A DNA stretch of 64,000 bases from Vulcanimicrobiota bacterium. Lineage in GTDB: Bacteria; Vulcanimicrobiota; Vulcanimicrobiia; Vulcanimicrobiales; Vulcanimicrobiaceae. Positions within the stretch are counted from its first letter, which is position 1. Each line of letters begins with the position of its first letter. The notes under the pieces are model-generated. The model was given only the letters and a program-made list of their open reading frames with translations. It did not search any database and was not told the DNA's origin. Positions 35,405 through 45,677 of this stretch are shown piece after piece. The stretch is taken from contig CAWAXX010000002.1 in NCBI GenBank assembly GCA_963786105.1, positions 1 through 64,000 on the forward strand. Direction: 5' to 3'. The position numbers and the translations under genes are program-made.

Positions 35405-36347
35405 CGTCTTCGGGGTGGCTGCGGATTGGCTCGACGAAGGCCGCGAGTTCGCGCTGGCGACGCTGGTGGCGCTGCGCGAAGCGGCGACCGCTCCGGTCGG
35501 AACGACCATCGCGGTCGACGTGCGCGGCCGCGTCTTCGGTAACATCGGCGCGGGGTGCTACGAAAGCGAGATCGTCGAAGCGTGCTTAAAGACGGCGGTC
35601 GACGGCGCGACCCGGCGGCTCGATATCAATCTCACCAGCGACGACGAGTTGATGGGCGGAAGCCCGTGCGGTGCGGTTATGCAGGTCGTCGCGTGGCGGC
35701 CGGCGCCGGCGTTTCGCGACGACGCTCGCGCCATCGCCGCCGGCGAGCGCCGAGCGCGCTTGACCATCGAGTATGACGAAGCCGACGGGAGCAGCGTTGC
35801 GTTCGAGCACGTTTTTGCACCGAAGGAAACGCTGATACTCGTCGGCGCGACGACGCTGGCCGCCGAGCTGGCAACGATGGGACGGCGTCTCGATTTCAAC
35901 GTCGTCGTGGTAGATCCCCGACCCGCGTTCGCGACGCACGAGCGCGTACCGCACGCGCATAGCATCGTGCGCGAGTGGCCCGAAGACTATCTACCCGGCG
36001 TGCTCTCCGAGCACACGCCGATCGTGATGATCTCGCACGATCCGAAGTTCGATCTGCCCGCGCTGGTCTGCGCGTTGAACTCGCGCGCCCCGTACGTCGG
36101 TCTTTTAGGAAGCCGGCGCCTGCAGGAAGCGCGCCGAGCATCGCTGCGCGAAAGCGGCTTCGACGATTCTGCGCTGGAGCGCATTCATGGTCCGGCCGGT
36201 CTCGACATTGGCGGCAGCACCGTCGGCGAGACGGCGCTTTCAATCCTCGCCGAGATCGTCGCCAGCCGTCACGGCCGCGAGGGCGCGCCGCTGCGGTCGG
36301 CGCGCGGCTCGATTCATCACGGCCTCGCGCGCGTCTCCCGAACGTGA
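35397..36347 (+). CDS. Second XdhC/CoxF/CoxI-family protein
   Basis: GNIGAGCYE, CG, DPRPAFA, SHDPKFD, YVGLLGSRR, GPAGLDIG, ETALSILAEI. Confidence 0.9.
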   Translation: MRDVFGVAADWLDEGREFALATLVALREAATAPVGTTIAVDVRGRVFGNIGAGCYESEIVEACLKTAVDGATRRLDINLTSDDELMGGSPCGAVMQVVAWRPAPAFRDDARAIAAGERRARLTIEYDEADGSSVAFEHVFAPKETLILVGATTLAAELATMGRRLDFNVVVVDPRPAFATHERVPHAHSIVREWPEDYLPGVLSEHTPIVMISHDPKFDLPALVCALNSRAPYVGLLGSRRLQEARRASLRESGFDDSALERIHGPAGLDIGGSTVGETALSILAEIVASRHGREGAPLRSARGSIHHGLARVSRT

Positions 36348-36919
36348 GCGACGGCAGCGTCAGGGCGGTTATTCTTGCGGCCGGCACCTCCTCGCGCGTC
36401 GGCCGGCAGAAACTCCTAATGGAGTTCCGCGGGCGCCCGCTGATCGAGCATGCCGTTGCGGCGGCGCAATCTTGGAGTCCGGTTGTGGTGGCCGGTCGCG
36501 AAGTCGTCGAATACCTCGCGGGCCGCAGCGATATCGAGTTGGTGCGAAACGATCAACCGGAGCTCGGCATGTCGCATTCGCTGCGGCTGGCGAGCGGCGC
36601 CTTGCCGGCTCACACCGCGATGATCGTGTTGCTCGGCGATAAGCCGTTCGTCAGCCGGAGCTTGATCGAAACGATGTGCGCCGCAGCCGGAAACGCCGAC
36701 GTCGCGTATCCGCTGCGAGGCGAAGAGTCCGGCCATCCGGTATGGATTTCGTCGCACGCGCGCGAGTATATCGGCGATCTCCCGCCCGGCGACACGCTGC
36801 GACTCCTGCGCGCCCATCCCGATCTTATGCAGGTTGCGATCGAAACGGCCGACCCGGGCGCGTTCTTCGACGTGGACACCATCGAACAGCTGCGTCAACG
36901 TGACCGGAGCGAAATGTGA
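36344..36919 (+). CDS. mocA: Molybdenum cofactor cytidylyltransferase
   Basis: ILAAG.SSR.G.QKLL, GMSHSL, LGD.P, GHPV, DVDT. Located in a cox operon, whose enzyme needs MCD cofactor. Confidence 0.82.
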   Translation: MSDGSVRAVILAAGTSSRVGRQKLLMEFRGRPLIEHAVAAAQSWSPVVVAGREVVEYLAGRSDIELVRNDQPELGMSHSLRLASGALPAHTAMIVLLGDKPFVSRSLIETMCAAAGNADVAYPLRGEESGHPVWISSHAREYIGDLPPGDTLRLLRAHPDLMQVAIETADPGAFFDVDTIEQLRQRDRSEM

Positions 36920-36923
36920 GCCG

Positions 36924-36964
36924 TGTCATTCTGAGCGGAGGCGCGAAGCGCCGTAGTCGAAGGA
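36924..36964 (+). repeat. REP-like repeat copy
   Basis: tgtcattctgagcggaggcgcgaagcgccgtagtcgaagga is 39/41 identical to 16927-16967 and contains a ggcgc-gaa-gcgcc hairpin. Confidence 0.85.
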
Positions 36965-36971
36965 CGGTCGT

Positions 36972-37943
36972 GTGAACGCAGCCGTCGTTACCGAAGGCGC
37001 TCGGGCGCCACGATGGACCGACTTCGTCGATCCCGTTGCTGCGACGGACGAGTCGCTGGTTTCGGTAACGGCGTCGGCGTTGAGTCCGCTTACGCGAGCG
37101 CGGGCATCGGGCCAGCATTACAGCGCCACCAAAGCTGACGCGTTCGTTGCGGGGGCCGACGGCGTCGGACGTTTGCAAGATGGGCGCCGCGTATACTTCG
37201 CATTCGTGCGGTCGCCGTTCGGCGCAATGGCGCAGCTCGCGCCGGCGCACCGCGACCTCACCGCTCCCGTTCCCGACGACCTCGACGACGTGACGGCGGC
37301 GGCAATCGCCAATCCGGCGATGTCGTCGTGGACGGCGCTGCTCGATCGCGCGAAACTTCAACGCGGCGAGTCGGTGCTGATCAACGGCGCGACCGGGGCG
37401 GCGGGCCGGCTCGCCGTTCAGATCGCTAAGCATCTCGGCGCCAAGACCGTGATCGCCACCGGCCGTGACGCCGGCTCACTCGAACGCGCCGCTGCGCTCG
37501 GCGCCGATCGAACGATTTCGCTCACGATGCCCGAGGATCGACTGCTCGATACGCTGTACGAGGCCATGATCGACTGCGAAGTTACGATCGTGCTGGATTA
37601 TCTGTGGGGCGTTTCCGCTCAACATCTGCTCACGGCAATCGCACGAAACCAGAGCGGGCCGGCCGCCCCGCGCATTCGCTTCGTTCAACTCGGCGCGGTC
37701 TCCGGGCCCGTCATCCCACTCGATGCCAGCGTGCTGCGAAGCTCGGGCGTGGAATTACTGGGCAGCGGTCTTCACAGCGTATCGCTCGCGCGTCTGGTCG
37801 GCCGAATCGGTGAGGCGCTCGCAGCCGCCGCGCCGGCGAAGTTCGAAGTCGACACGACGACCCAACCGATGGACGCCGTCGAGACGCATTGGAACGACGA
37901 CACCGGCGGCCGGCGACTCGTCTTTTTGCGCACGCCGAACTAG
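36972..37943 (+). CDS. MDR-family (quinone oxidoreductase-like) dehydrogenase
   Basis: ASGQHY, GADGVG, AAAIANPAMSSW, INGATGAAG, VLDYLWG. Confidence 0.85.
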   Translation: MNAAVVTEGARAPRWTDFVDPVAATDESLVSVTASALSPLTRARASGQHYSATKADAFVAGADGVGRLQDGRRVYFAFVRSPFGAMAQLAPAHRDLTAPVPDDLDDVTAAAIANPAMSSWTALLDRAKLQRGESVLINGATGAAGRLAVQIAKHLGAKTVIATGRDAGSLERAAALGADRTISLTMPEDRLLDTLYEAMIDCEVTIVLDYLWGVSAQHLLTAIARNQSGPAAPRIRFVQLGAVSGPVIPLDASVLRSSGVELLGSGLHSVSLARLVGRIGEALAAAAPAKFEVDTTTQPMDAVETHWNDDTGGRRLVFLRTPN

Positions 37944-38031
37944 TATTTTAGCGCGTGGATCGAAGGGCGACGCCACGATCTTTGGCGCCGACGGCTGGGT
38001 CCTTGAAGAGTAGCACCGAATCACTTCTGGC

Positions 38032-39255
38032 ATGCGTGGCACTATCGCGGCCTCCGCGATTCTACTGGCGGCCGGCTTCGTTGTTTTCGGCCATCTGTTC
38101 ACACGAGCCGCAGCCGCGGGCTGCCGCGCGGGCGTCGCTCGTTACGACGTTGCCCTGCCGGGGCATCCTTTTCGAGCGGTTCCTTCGGCCGATGGCCGCT
38201 ATGCGTTCGTTTCGGTCAGCAGTTCCAACCCTCGCAGCCCAAACGGCATAGCGGTGCTGCGATGCGAAAGCGGTGTGTATCGATTCTCGCACCTGGTTTC
38301 GCTGGAAGCGCAACCGAGCGGAATGGCGATCACGCACGACGGGACGCTTCTCGTCGTCGCCGATGACGGGTTCGTTGCATTCGTCGAAACGAGGGCCGCC
38401 ATTGTCGGAAAACACGCGATCGCCGGATACATTCAAGATCTCCAGGGCGACCCGGAAGACAATGATCCGGGGTCGGTCTACGTTAACGTTAGCCCCGACG
38501 ACCGGTTTGCCTACGTCAGCGACGAACAAAACGACACGATTACCGTAATCGATCTCGCAAAGGCCCGACGCCAGGGATTCGCGCGTTCGTCGATCGTCGG
38601 CGCGATACCGGTCGGCAACGCGCCCATCGCGCTATCCTTTTCGCGCGATTCCCGCTATTTGTTTACGACCAGCGAGGTTGCTTTGCGGACCTACGGTTGG
38701 CCGAAGTCATGCCGGCAGGAAGGCGCGCCCGCTTCGAGCGAGCTCAGCATTCCGCCAGGAGCGATCATCACGATCGACACGGCGAAGGCGCAAACCGATC
38801 CGGCGTCGTCGGTCGTCGCGAAGATCGCGGCAGACTGCAGCCCCGTCCGCATGAGCCTTTCCCCGGACGGATCGACCGCGTGGGTAACCAATCGGGGTTC
38901 CAACACCCTGACGGCGTTTTCTACGAAGGGTCTGATTGCCGGCGACTCCGACGCGCGGGTCGCGACCATCGAAGTCGGTTCGAATCCGGTCGCCGTGTGG
39001 GCAAGTGGCGACGGCAAATACGTTCTCGTCGGGAATACGAATCGCTTCGGAGAGGGTGGCACGACGTCGGGAACCGTCTCGATCGTGGACGCCGCGAAAA
39101 AGTCCGTCGTGGCAACGATCGCCGTCGGGGAGTTTCCTCGAGACTTTTCACCGGGGTTTGGAACGACGCTCTTTCTCTCGAACTACCGCTCCAATTCGTT
39201 AACGGTGTTCGACGAACCCCGACTCGATCGGCTGGTTACGGCTTCAACGCACTGA
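38032..39255 (+). CDS. Secreted YncE/YVTN-like beta-propeller protein
   Basis: N-terminal signal/anchor and repeats IPVGNAP.ALSFS.D, IEVGSNP, IAVGEFP. Confidence 0.8.
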   Translation: MRGTIAASAILLAAGFVVFGHLFTRAAAAGCRAGVARYDVALPGHPFRAVPSADGRYAFVSVSSSNPRSPNGIAVLRCESGVYRFSHLVSLEAQPSGMAITHDGTLLVVADDGFVAFVETRAAIVGKHAIAGYIQDLQGDPEDNDPGSVYVNVSPDDRFAYVSDEQNDTITVIDLAKARRQGFARSSIVGAIPVGNAPIALSFSRDSRYLFTTSEVALRTYGWPKSCRQEGAPASSELSIPPGAIITIDTAKAQTDPASSVVAKIAADCSPVRMSLSPDGSTAWVTNRGSNTLTAFSTKGLIAGDSDARVATIEVGSNPVAVWASGDGKYVLVGNTNRFGEGGTTSGTVSIVDAAKKSVVATIAVGEFPRDFSPGFGTTLFLSNYRSNSLTVFDEPRLDRLVTASTH

Positions 39256-40641
39256 CGTAGCCGGCGCGCGTTCGCGCGGTTCGCGATAGTAGTCGCTGGC
39301 ATAGCGGTGGCGATAGTAGAGCATCGGGATGACTCCAACGAGCAGCAGGCCGAACACCGTCGCGTTCGCGCGCATACCAGCGGATAACACCTGGCCGATC
39401 GCCACCCCGAAAACGAAAAGCGCCGACAGAAGCGGCCAGCCACGTCGCAGCCAGAATAGCGGGAGATCGCTGCGATCGGCCGCCGCATAGTACGACGCGC
39501 ACGCTATTGCGGAGAGGCCGTAGAAGATCGCCACTAACACGCCGATGGCGTTGATCGAGTCGCTCAAGATGACGTTGACGCTCGAACTCGTCGCCGCTAG
39601 CGCGAACAAGGCCATCGACACTATTCCGATTGCGATCGTCGCGTGCCATGGCGTGAGAAAGCGCGCGTTAAGCCGGCCGAAGCCTTGGTCGAGCACGCGG
39701 TCGCGCCCCATCGAATAGACGATGCGGCTTCCCGAGACCAGCGTCGTTTCGAGCGATCCGATCGCGCTGACGACCACGACGATGACGGCAACGTCGCTCC
39801 ACGGACGCGGCAGCGCAGCATTGGCGAGTGCAACCAACAAATCCGAACCAGAATCGACGATCGCCCGTTCGGACATCAAGACCTGCACGCCGAATGCCGT
39901 CGTCAGAAACAACGTGAGGATGATTCCCATTCCGAGCAAGCCCGACAGCCCCGGCGCGCGCCGGCGATCGACGGTTTCCTCGGAAAGATTGGCCGAGACT
40001 TCCCAGCCCCAGTAGAAAAACATGGTGACCAATGCACCGGCGATGAAGCTGTGGACGCCGTTGTTTCCAACCGGCGACCACCAGGACCAACTCGGGTGAT
40101 TTGCCGGATGCCCCAGGCCTTTGACGATGGCGGCGATTCCGAAGAGCAGAAGCCCGCCGATTTGGAAGACGGTTACGCCTCGCTGAAAGCGCGCCGTCGT
40201 TTTGACGCCGAGCATGACCATGCCGACGACGACCAAGAACCAGCCAAATCCAATGCTCGTGACGAGCAGCACGTTGTGCGTCAGTTTCGGCGCAATCATA
40301 TCCAGTGTCGCGTCGGCAATCGGCAGCGACCCGACCACCATGAAAAGTACTTGCGCGACCAGCATCGCCCAGCCGGCAAAGAATCCGAGAACGGGGTTCA
40401 TGGCGCGACCGACCCAGGTGTAGGCGGCGCCGGCATCCGAACGCCAGCTATTGAGATAGAAGTACGCGAGCGCAATTCCAAACATCGGGATGGCGCCGAA
40501 AAACAATGCTCCGGGTCCCGACAAGCCGACGGCGGCGATCAGGGTGGCAGTGCTGGTTGCAATCGTGTTGGCCGGCGCCGTGCCGGCAATCGAAATCAGC
40601 GTTGAGTCCCACGCCGAGATGGCATTCTTGCGCAACTGCAT
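39244..40641 (-). CDS. APC-family amino acid/polyamine permease
   Basis: GTAPA, AGAAYTW, FFYWGWEVSANLSEET, SRIVYSMGRD, TP.HA. TGATG coupling to the upstream oxidase. Confidence 0.9.
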   Translation of the reverse strand: MQLRKNAISAWDSTLISIAGTAPANTIATSTATLIAAVGLSGPGALFFGAIPMFGIALAYFYLNSWRSDAGAAYTWVGRAMNPVLGFFAGWAMLVAQVLFMVVGSLPIADATLDMIAPKLTHNVLLVTSIGFGWFLVVVGMVMLGVKTTARFQRGVTVFQIGGLLLFGIAAIVKGLGHPANHPSWSWWSPVGNNGVHSFIAGALVTMFFYWGWEVSANLSEETVDRRRAPGLSGLLGMGIILTLFLTTAFGVQVLMSERAIVDSGSDLLVALANAALPRPWSDVAVIVVVVSAIGSLETTLVSGSRIVYSMGRDRVLDQGFGRLNARFLTPWHATIAIGIVSMALFALAATSSSVNVILSDSINAIGVLVAIFYGLSAIACASYYAAADRSDLPLFWLRRGWPLLSALFVFGVAIGQVLSAGMRANATVFGLLLVGVIPMLYYRHRYASDYYREPRERAPATSVR

Positions 40642-41918
40642 CAGTTCACCGCATCCAGCAGCCGCTGCCACGCACCCACGATCGGCAAGAACCACGGGCG
40701 GCCGTCATAAAGTCGCAACGGCGCCGCCGGAGCCGCGCTTGCAAGCGGATGTTTTACCGTGCCATCGACGATGGCATCGGCTGCGAGAATTCCCATCAGC
40801 GTCGCCAACGCAATACCATGTCCGGCGTAGCCCAACGCGTAGTGCATGCCGTCGATGGTACCGACGTGGGGCATGACGTCGAAGGTGACGTCCAGGGTTC
40901 CGCCCCACGCGTACTCGATTTTCGCGCTGCGCAATTGCGGAAAAATCGCAATCATATCGGCTTGCAGCGTCTTGGCGCTGCTCGACGTCGTGCGCGCACT
41001 CTCCGGGAGAAACGCCGCACGTCCGCCGAAAAGCATGCGCCGGTCCGGCGTGAGCCGGAAATAGTGCAGCAGACGTTTCGAATCGTAGACCATGCGATTT
41101 CGCGGAACCAAGGTTGCCGCCAGATCGGCCGGCAGCCGTTCGGTGGCGATGACGTACGAACCCACCGGAACGAAGCGCCGGCGCAGCGTGCCGAAAACCG
41201 TTCCGGTGTACGCCCCGGTCGCGACGAGGATCGCGTTCGCGCGAAGCTCGCCCCGTGGCGAATGCAACCACCACTTGTTCCCGGTCGACGTAACGCTTTC
41301 GAGCGGCGCACGTTCGCACACGGCGGCGCCGGCTCGGCGCGCGGCCGCCGCCAAACCTGCGGCGTAGCGTGCGGGATCGAGCCCACCGCTTCGCTCGTCG
41401 ACCAATCCGCCGTAGAACGACGTGGATCCGATCTCTTCAGCGAGTTGGTCGCGCCCTACCACCCGGACGCGATGATCGAAGTGCTGCCGGAGCAACTCCG
41501 CGATGTTTGCAAACGCCGTAACGTGCGAAGGCTTGCTCGCCACTTCAAGATGTCCGCATCGTTCGAAGGCGCACTCGATGCCCTCGGCGGCGATCACGGC
41601 CTCGGTGAAGTCGATCGCTCGAAGGGAAGCGTCGAACAGCGCGCGCGCGGTCTGCACGCCGTAGCGGCGAACCAAAACGTCGGGGGCGAGCTTCAATCCG
41701 GTAAGCACCATGCCGCCGTTGCGCGAGCTGGCGCCAAAGCCGACCGTCGCAGTCTCCAGCACCGCAACCGAGGCACCCCGTTTGCGCAGGGCCAGCGCGG
41801 CGGATAGTCCCGTAAACCCCGCGCCGACGATGGCGACGTCCGCATCTGCAGGGAGCGCCGTCAACTCTCTCGCCTCGGGCGCGGCAAACGGAGCCGTCCA
41901 CAGCGGAGCTTCGGTCAT
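40641..41918 (-). CDS. DAO-family FAD oxidoreductase (PuuB/gamma-glutamylputrescine oxidase-like)
   Basis: IVGAGFTGLSAA, GASSRNGG, YFRLTPD.R.LFGG, YAWGG, GYAGHG. Confidence 0.85.
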   Translation of the reverse strand: MTEAPLWTAPFAAPEARELTALPADADVAIVGAGFTGLSAALALRKRGASVAVLETATVGFGASSRNGGMVLTGLKLAPDVLVRRYGVQTARALFDASLRAIDFTEAVIAAEGIECAFERCGHLEVASKPSHVTAFANIAELLRQHFDHRVRVVGRDQLAEEIGSTSFYGGLVDERSGGLDPARYAAGLAAAARRAGAAVCERAPLESVTSTGNKWWLHSPRGELRANAILVATGAYTGTVFGTLRRRFVPVGSYVIATERLPADLAATLVPRNRMVYDSKRLLHYFRLTPDRRMLFGGRAAFLPESARTTSSSAKTLQADMIAIFPQLRSAKIEYAWGGTLDVTFDVMPHVGTIDGMHYALGYAGHGIALATLMGILAADAIVDGTVKHPLASAAPAAPLRLYDGRPWFLPIVGAWQRLLDAVN

Positions 41919-41923
41919 GTCGC

Positions 41924-44900
41924 TTAGATCTTTACGTTGGCGTTTACGAACAGACCAAACGGTTGAATGACGGACGAAGTCCCGACCTCGGTGATGTTAA
42001 AGAACGTGCCGTACGGATACCTCACCTGGACCGGCGGCCGGGCCAGAAAGTTTCCGGCCGGCGCCAAGATGTTCGACGGTAAGGTCGAGTACACGCACGT
42101 CGACGGATTGTCCCACGCGTAACCGCGCTGATAGCACTTGTTGTAAATGTTCACTGCCGAGACGTTGACCGAGAGCCGATCGTTGACATCGTAGCTCGCG
42201 CTCAGATTTAGTGCAAGTTGCGAGGGCTGCTGGTAGAAACCGAGTCCGTCGAATCGATGGCCGTTGTACGGATCCGGCAAGAAGATGGCGCCACCGGAAC
42301 CGCACGTCGCGCCCGGCGTGAGCGGAGTCGCCGCCGGATTCTGGCTACAGGCTTGCGGCACGTAACCGGGCCAGACGAGTGGGGAGCCGTAGCTCGAACC
42401 GCTGCTGTAGCGCAACGACGGCGTGACGGCGTACCGGTCGCGGCGGTAGTTCACGACCAGCGAGAAGACGTCGGGTACGTCGAATCCGTTGGCCGCGTTG
42501 AACGGCGATGGAATGACGTCGTAGGGTGCGTACGACCCGTTTACGTCGAGCAGTGGCTGCAACGCGTAGGGACACGACGACGACTCGGTTCTGCAGTAGT
42601 AGGGATTGCGCACTTTTACGGTGCCGCCCGAACCTGAATTCAAGAATATCGGTTGCGCGTTGCCGGCGTATTTTCCCGAGCCGCAGGCCGCCCAGTTTGG
42701 CGAGCTCGGCGTCACCTGCGCGCAAGCGGCGGTGTACGAGTTGTACTGCTCGATCGGACCGTTGAGGCTGTCGATCACGCTGATCCCGTTGATCGGGTGA
42801 AAGGTGATGGTGTTGGTCGTATGCGTGTATGCCAGCAGCCACGAGAGGCCGTTGCGCGCGAAATCGCCGCCTTGGATGGCCAGCTCGACGCCGTACGATT
42901 TCTGCGTCCCTACGTTGAGACCGGCGAGAGTTCCGCCGAGCGCGTCGATCGACTGAAACTGCACTTGATTTCGCGTCGACCGGTAGAAGGGCGTCACCTT
43001 GTACGAGATGTTCGTGCCCTTGAGGTGTTGCTCGAGCGACAGATCGTAGTTATTCGACGTATCCGGGTAAAGGTCGTGATCGGGCGTATGATAGCCGTAG
43101 GAGTAGAACTGGCGAATGAACGACGCCAAGTTTTGCTGTCCGGTATTGTACTGATAGTACGACGACGCCTCGGCGCGTGCGTACACGCCGGCCGAACCGC
43201 GAATCACGGTATTCGGATTGAGCGCCCACGTAAACGAAAACCGCGGCTGGAAGTAGTTATGCACCGAGAGGCCGGCGCCGACGTTATAGAGCCCGTTCCC
43301 CGGGTTGGTCATCGGCGACAACCCCGTCGGACACGGGCCAAAGGTGCCGCTGGACGGATCGAAGGTCCACACCGGTGCCGATCCAAGCGCGCCGCAGTGC
43401 TCCTTATTGAACTGCGTGAACCAGAATTGGCGGGCCGGATACCCGGCTTCCAAGTCGCTCGTCGCATAAGCGAAATGATCGAAACGCGCGCCGATGTTGA
43501 ACGTCAGTTTGTCGTTGGGTTGCCATAAATCGGTGAGCGAGTAGGAAGAGAAAAGCGGCTTGACGTCGTCGACCTGCGAGCTGCGCCCATCTTCGGTGAC
43601 GATCCAGCTCGCGCCGGCGCGTGCCGCCGGGGAACCCCGCGGTGCATTTCCCGGCGTGAGATTGAAAACTTGCGGACTCCCGGCATAACATCCGCCAAAG
43701 GCGCCGTTCGGATACTTGAGGAGACAGCCGCCTTGGCTCCCGGCATCGAAGCAGCTCCAGAGCTGACCGGTCGTGTAGTTGTAACAGTTCCCGTTCTTGC
43801 CGACGTAGCTGGTCAAAATGGTGCCCAGACCCGTCGGTAGGAGACTATTGGCCGTCGGATCGGTCGAACTAAAAGTCGCGTTGTACGTTTGCAGCACTTG
43901 TTGTGAGTAGGTCGCTTGCGCGGTCAACAGATTCTTAGGCGAAAGCTGATTCGAGTATGTCAGTACGCCGCCGTAGATGTGCCCGTACACTTCGTAATCG
44001 GCTAGCTCGGCGCCGAATGCCAGCTCGGCGCTCGTCGGCGCGGTGATGAACCAATTCGTATATTCGCCGTACGCCTGGAACCGGAGGTAAGAGCGTTCGT
44101 TGAAGTTCTTTTGATACTGGAACTTTTCGATCGCGTAGCCGTTGAACGAACCGTCGCGTTGGTTGGGAGGAACGTAGCTGCCGGCCGGATGCGGCACGCT
44201 GTTCGGAAACGGATTGAGCTGCAGGTTGGCCGAGTCGGGCTTTTGCATGAGCGGCCCGACGTAGTACGTCGAGTCGAACCAGGTTACCGGATAGCCGCCG
44301 AACGCCGCCGCGACGTTGCTCGGTCCCAACTCGTGCGCCGAACTGTAGAACCACGTATTGATTCCGCCCGCTACCCACAGCAGCTGAATGTCGTCGCGCA
44401 AGCCATCGTAGCGATGCGGAATTCCGATGTGGAAATTCATTACGTTTTCGCGGTCTTGATTGAAGGCCTGCGCGTAGCTCTGGCCCGGCGCAAAGGCCGC
44501 GCCGTAGCTCGGCGCGGAGCACGACGGATTTTTACCGAGCGAACACGCTCCGTCGAGTAGATTGTACGTGGAGTTCGTCGTGGGAATGGCTAACGGATAG
44601 AAGTACAGCGGATTGCCGGCGCCGTTGAACTGATCGACGTACCGGTAATCCTGATTCGCACCCGCAAAGCCGGCGTAATACGAGAACAAACGGTCGGGCG
44701 TCGCACCCGAAACTTCGACGGTGGCGGCGTGATAAAACGACGGCGTACCGATCCCGAGCGACGCGTCGGCATACCCCGGATGCGTTCCCGTCTTGATGAT
44801 TTGGTTAATATATCCGGCCAAACCGGAGGAGTTGGAGCTCGCAGCCGTGCCGCCGGTATAGATCTGTACTTCTTGAGTACCGAGTGTGGAGAGCGTCGCG

Positions 44901-45526
44901 ATCGGATTGAGATCGGACTGACGCGTCAGCGGCAAGCCATCGAACTCGTAGGCCACTTGCTGGTAATCGCCGCCGCGCACGTAGACGCCCTGATTCCAGC
45001 CCTGCTGGTTGGTTGGAATATTCACGCCCGGGACGCTGCCGATCGCGCCGTAGGCCTGATTCAGCGAACCGGCGCCACTGGTGGCGGCGGTGGTTTTGAT
45101 GCCGGTGGAGTTGACCGAATACAGGTCGCTGGTCGTGCCCGGTCGCACTTGGGTGCCGGCGCCTCGCGCCGAGACGCTAGCAATCGTCTTCAGAGTCGGG
45201 GTCATCGCGAGGCTCAGCGTGAGGGGTTGATCGGCGAAGATGGATACGCCGGTCTGTGCGACGGGATCGTAACCCGGCCTTTCCGCGCGCACAACGTACG
45301 TGTCGGGGGCGAGCGAGATGAAGCGGAACTCGCCCGTCGCGTCCGTTACGGTGGTCGCGACCTGCGACGGCGATTCGGCGGTGACGCGTACGCCGCCGAC
45401 CGGGACATGCGTGTTCGTGTCGAGGACGGTGCCGCGCAGCGTACCGGTGGTGCCAGCGCGAGCGACCGTGAGGGTGGGGGCCAGGAGGAGGGCAGTCGCC
45501 AGGATAGCGCTGAGGATGCCTCTCAT
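41924..45526 (-). CDS. TonB-dependent receptor with N-terminal carboxypeptidase-regulatory-like domain
   Basis: Signal peptide, GTLRGTV.D..TDATGEF..L.PDTY, plug (VPGV, VRGG, FDG, GYIN), barrel strands (GARFD, QPRFS), alternating C-terminal strand. Confidence 0.88.
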   Translation of the reverse strand: MRGILSAILATALLLAPTLTVARAGTTGTLRGTVLDTNTHVPVGGVRVTAESPSQVATTVTDATGEFRFISLAPDTYVVRAERPGYDPVAQTGVSIFADQPLTLSLAMTPTLKTIASVSARGAGTQVRPGTTSDLYSVNSTGIKTTAATSGAGSLNQAYGAIGSVPGVNIPTNQQGWNQGVYVRGGDYQQVAYEFDGLPLTRQSDLNPIATLSTLGTQEVQIYTGGTAASSNSSGLAGYINQIIKTGTHPGYADASLGIGTPSFYHAATVEVSGATPDRLFSYYAGFAGANQDYRYVDQFNGAGNPLYFYPLAIPTTNSTYNLLDGACSLGKNPSCSAPSYGAAFAPGQSYAQAFNQDRENVMNFHIGIPHRYDGLRDDIQLLWVAGGINTWFYSSAHELGPSNVAAAFGGYPVTWFDSTYYVGPLMQKPDSANLQLNPFPNSVPHPAGSYVPPNQRDGSFNGYAIEKFQYQKNFNERSYLRFQAYGEYTNWFITAPTSAELAFGAELADYEVYGHIYGGVLTYSNQLSPKNLLTAQATYSQQVLQTYNATFSSTDPTANSLLPTGLGTILTSYVGKNGNCYNYTTGQLWSCFDAGSQGGCLLKYPNGAFGGCYAGSPQVFNLTPGNAPRGSPAARAGASWIVTEDGRSSQVDDVKPLFSSYSLTDLWQPNDKLTFNIGARFDHFAYATSDLEAGYPARQFWFTQFNKEHCGALGSAPVWTFDPSSGTFGPCPTGLSPMTNPGNGLYNVGAGLSVHNYFQPRFSFTWALNPNTVIRGSAGVYARAEASSYYQYNTGQQNLASFIRQFYSYGYHTPDHDLYPDTSNNYDLSLEQHLKGTNISYKVTPFYRSTRNQVQFQSIDALGGTLAGLNVGTQKSYGVELAIQGGDFARNGLSWLLAYTHTTNTITFHPINGISVIDSLNGPIEQYNSYTAACAQVTPSSPNWAACGSGKYAGNAQPIFLNSGSGGTVKVRNPYYCRTESSSCPYALQPLLDVNGSYAPYDVIPSPFNAANGFDVPDVFSLVVNYRRDRYAVTPSLRYSSGSSYGSPLVWPGYVPQACSQNPAATPLTPGATCGSGGAIFLPDPYNGHRFDGLGFYQQPSQLALNLSASYDVNDRLSVNVSAVNIYNKCYQRGYAWDNPSTCVYSTLPSNILAPAGNFLARPPVQVRYPYGTFFNITEVGTSSVIQPFGLFVNANVKI

Positions 45527-45532
45527 CCGTCT

Positions 45533-45538
45533 AGTGTA
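45533..45538 (-). promoter_or_regulatory. Putative -10 box of a leaderless transcript
   Basis: TACACT lies 6 nt before ATG 45526. Confidence 0.5.
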
Positions 45539-45677
45539 CCGGGCGAGCCCTCGCTAGGCCTTGTTTTTTCACCGGCGTCCCCGGTTTCGGGGTTGCGCTT
45601 TCGGGACACCCCTACCTCGGCCAGAGTGGTAGGCTGAAGAAGACCGCCGCTTTCTCCAGCCGACGAAAGGTGCAATC

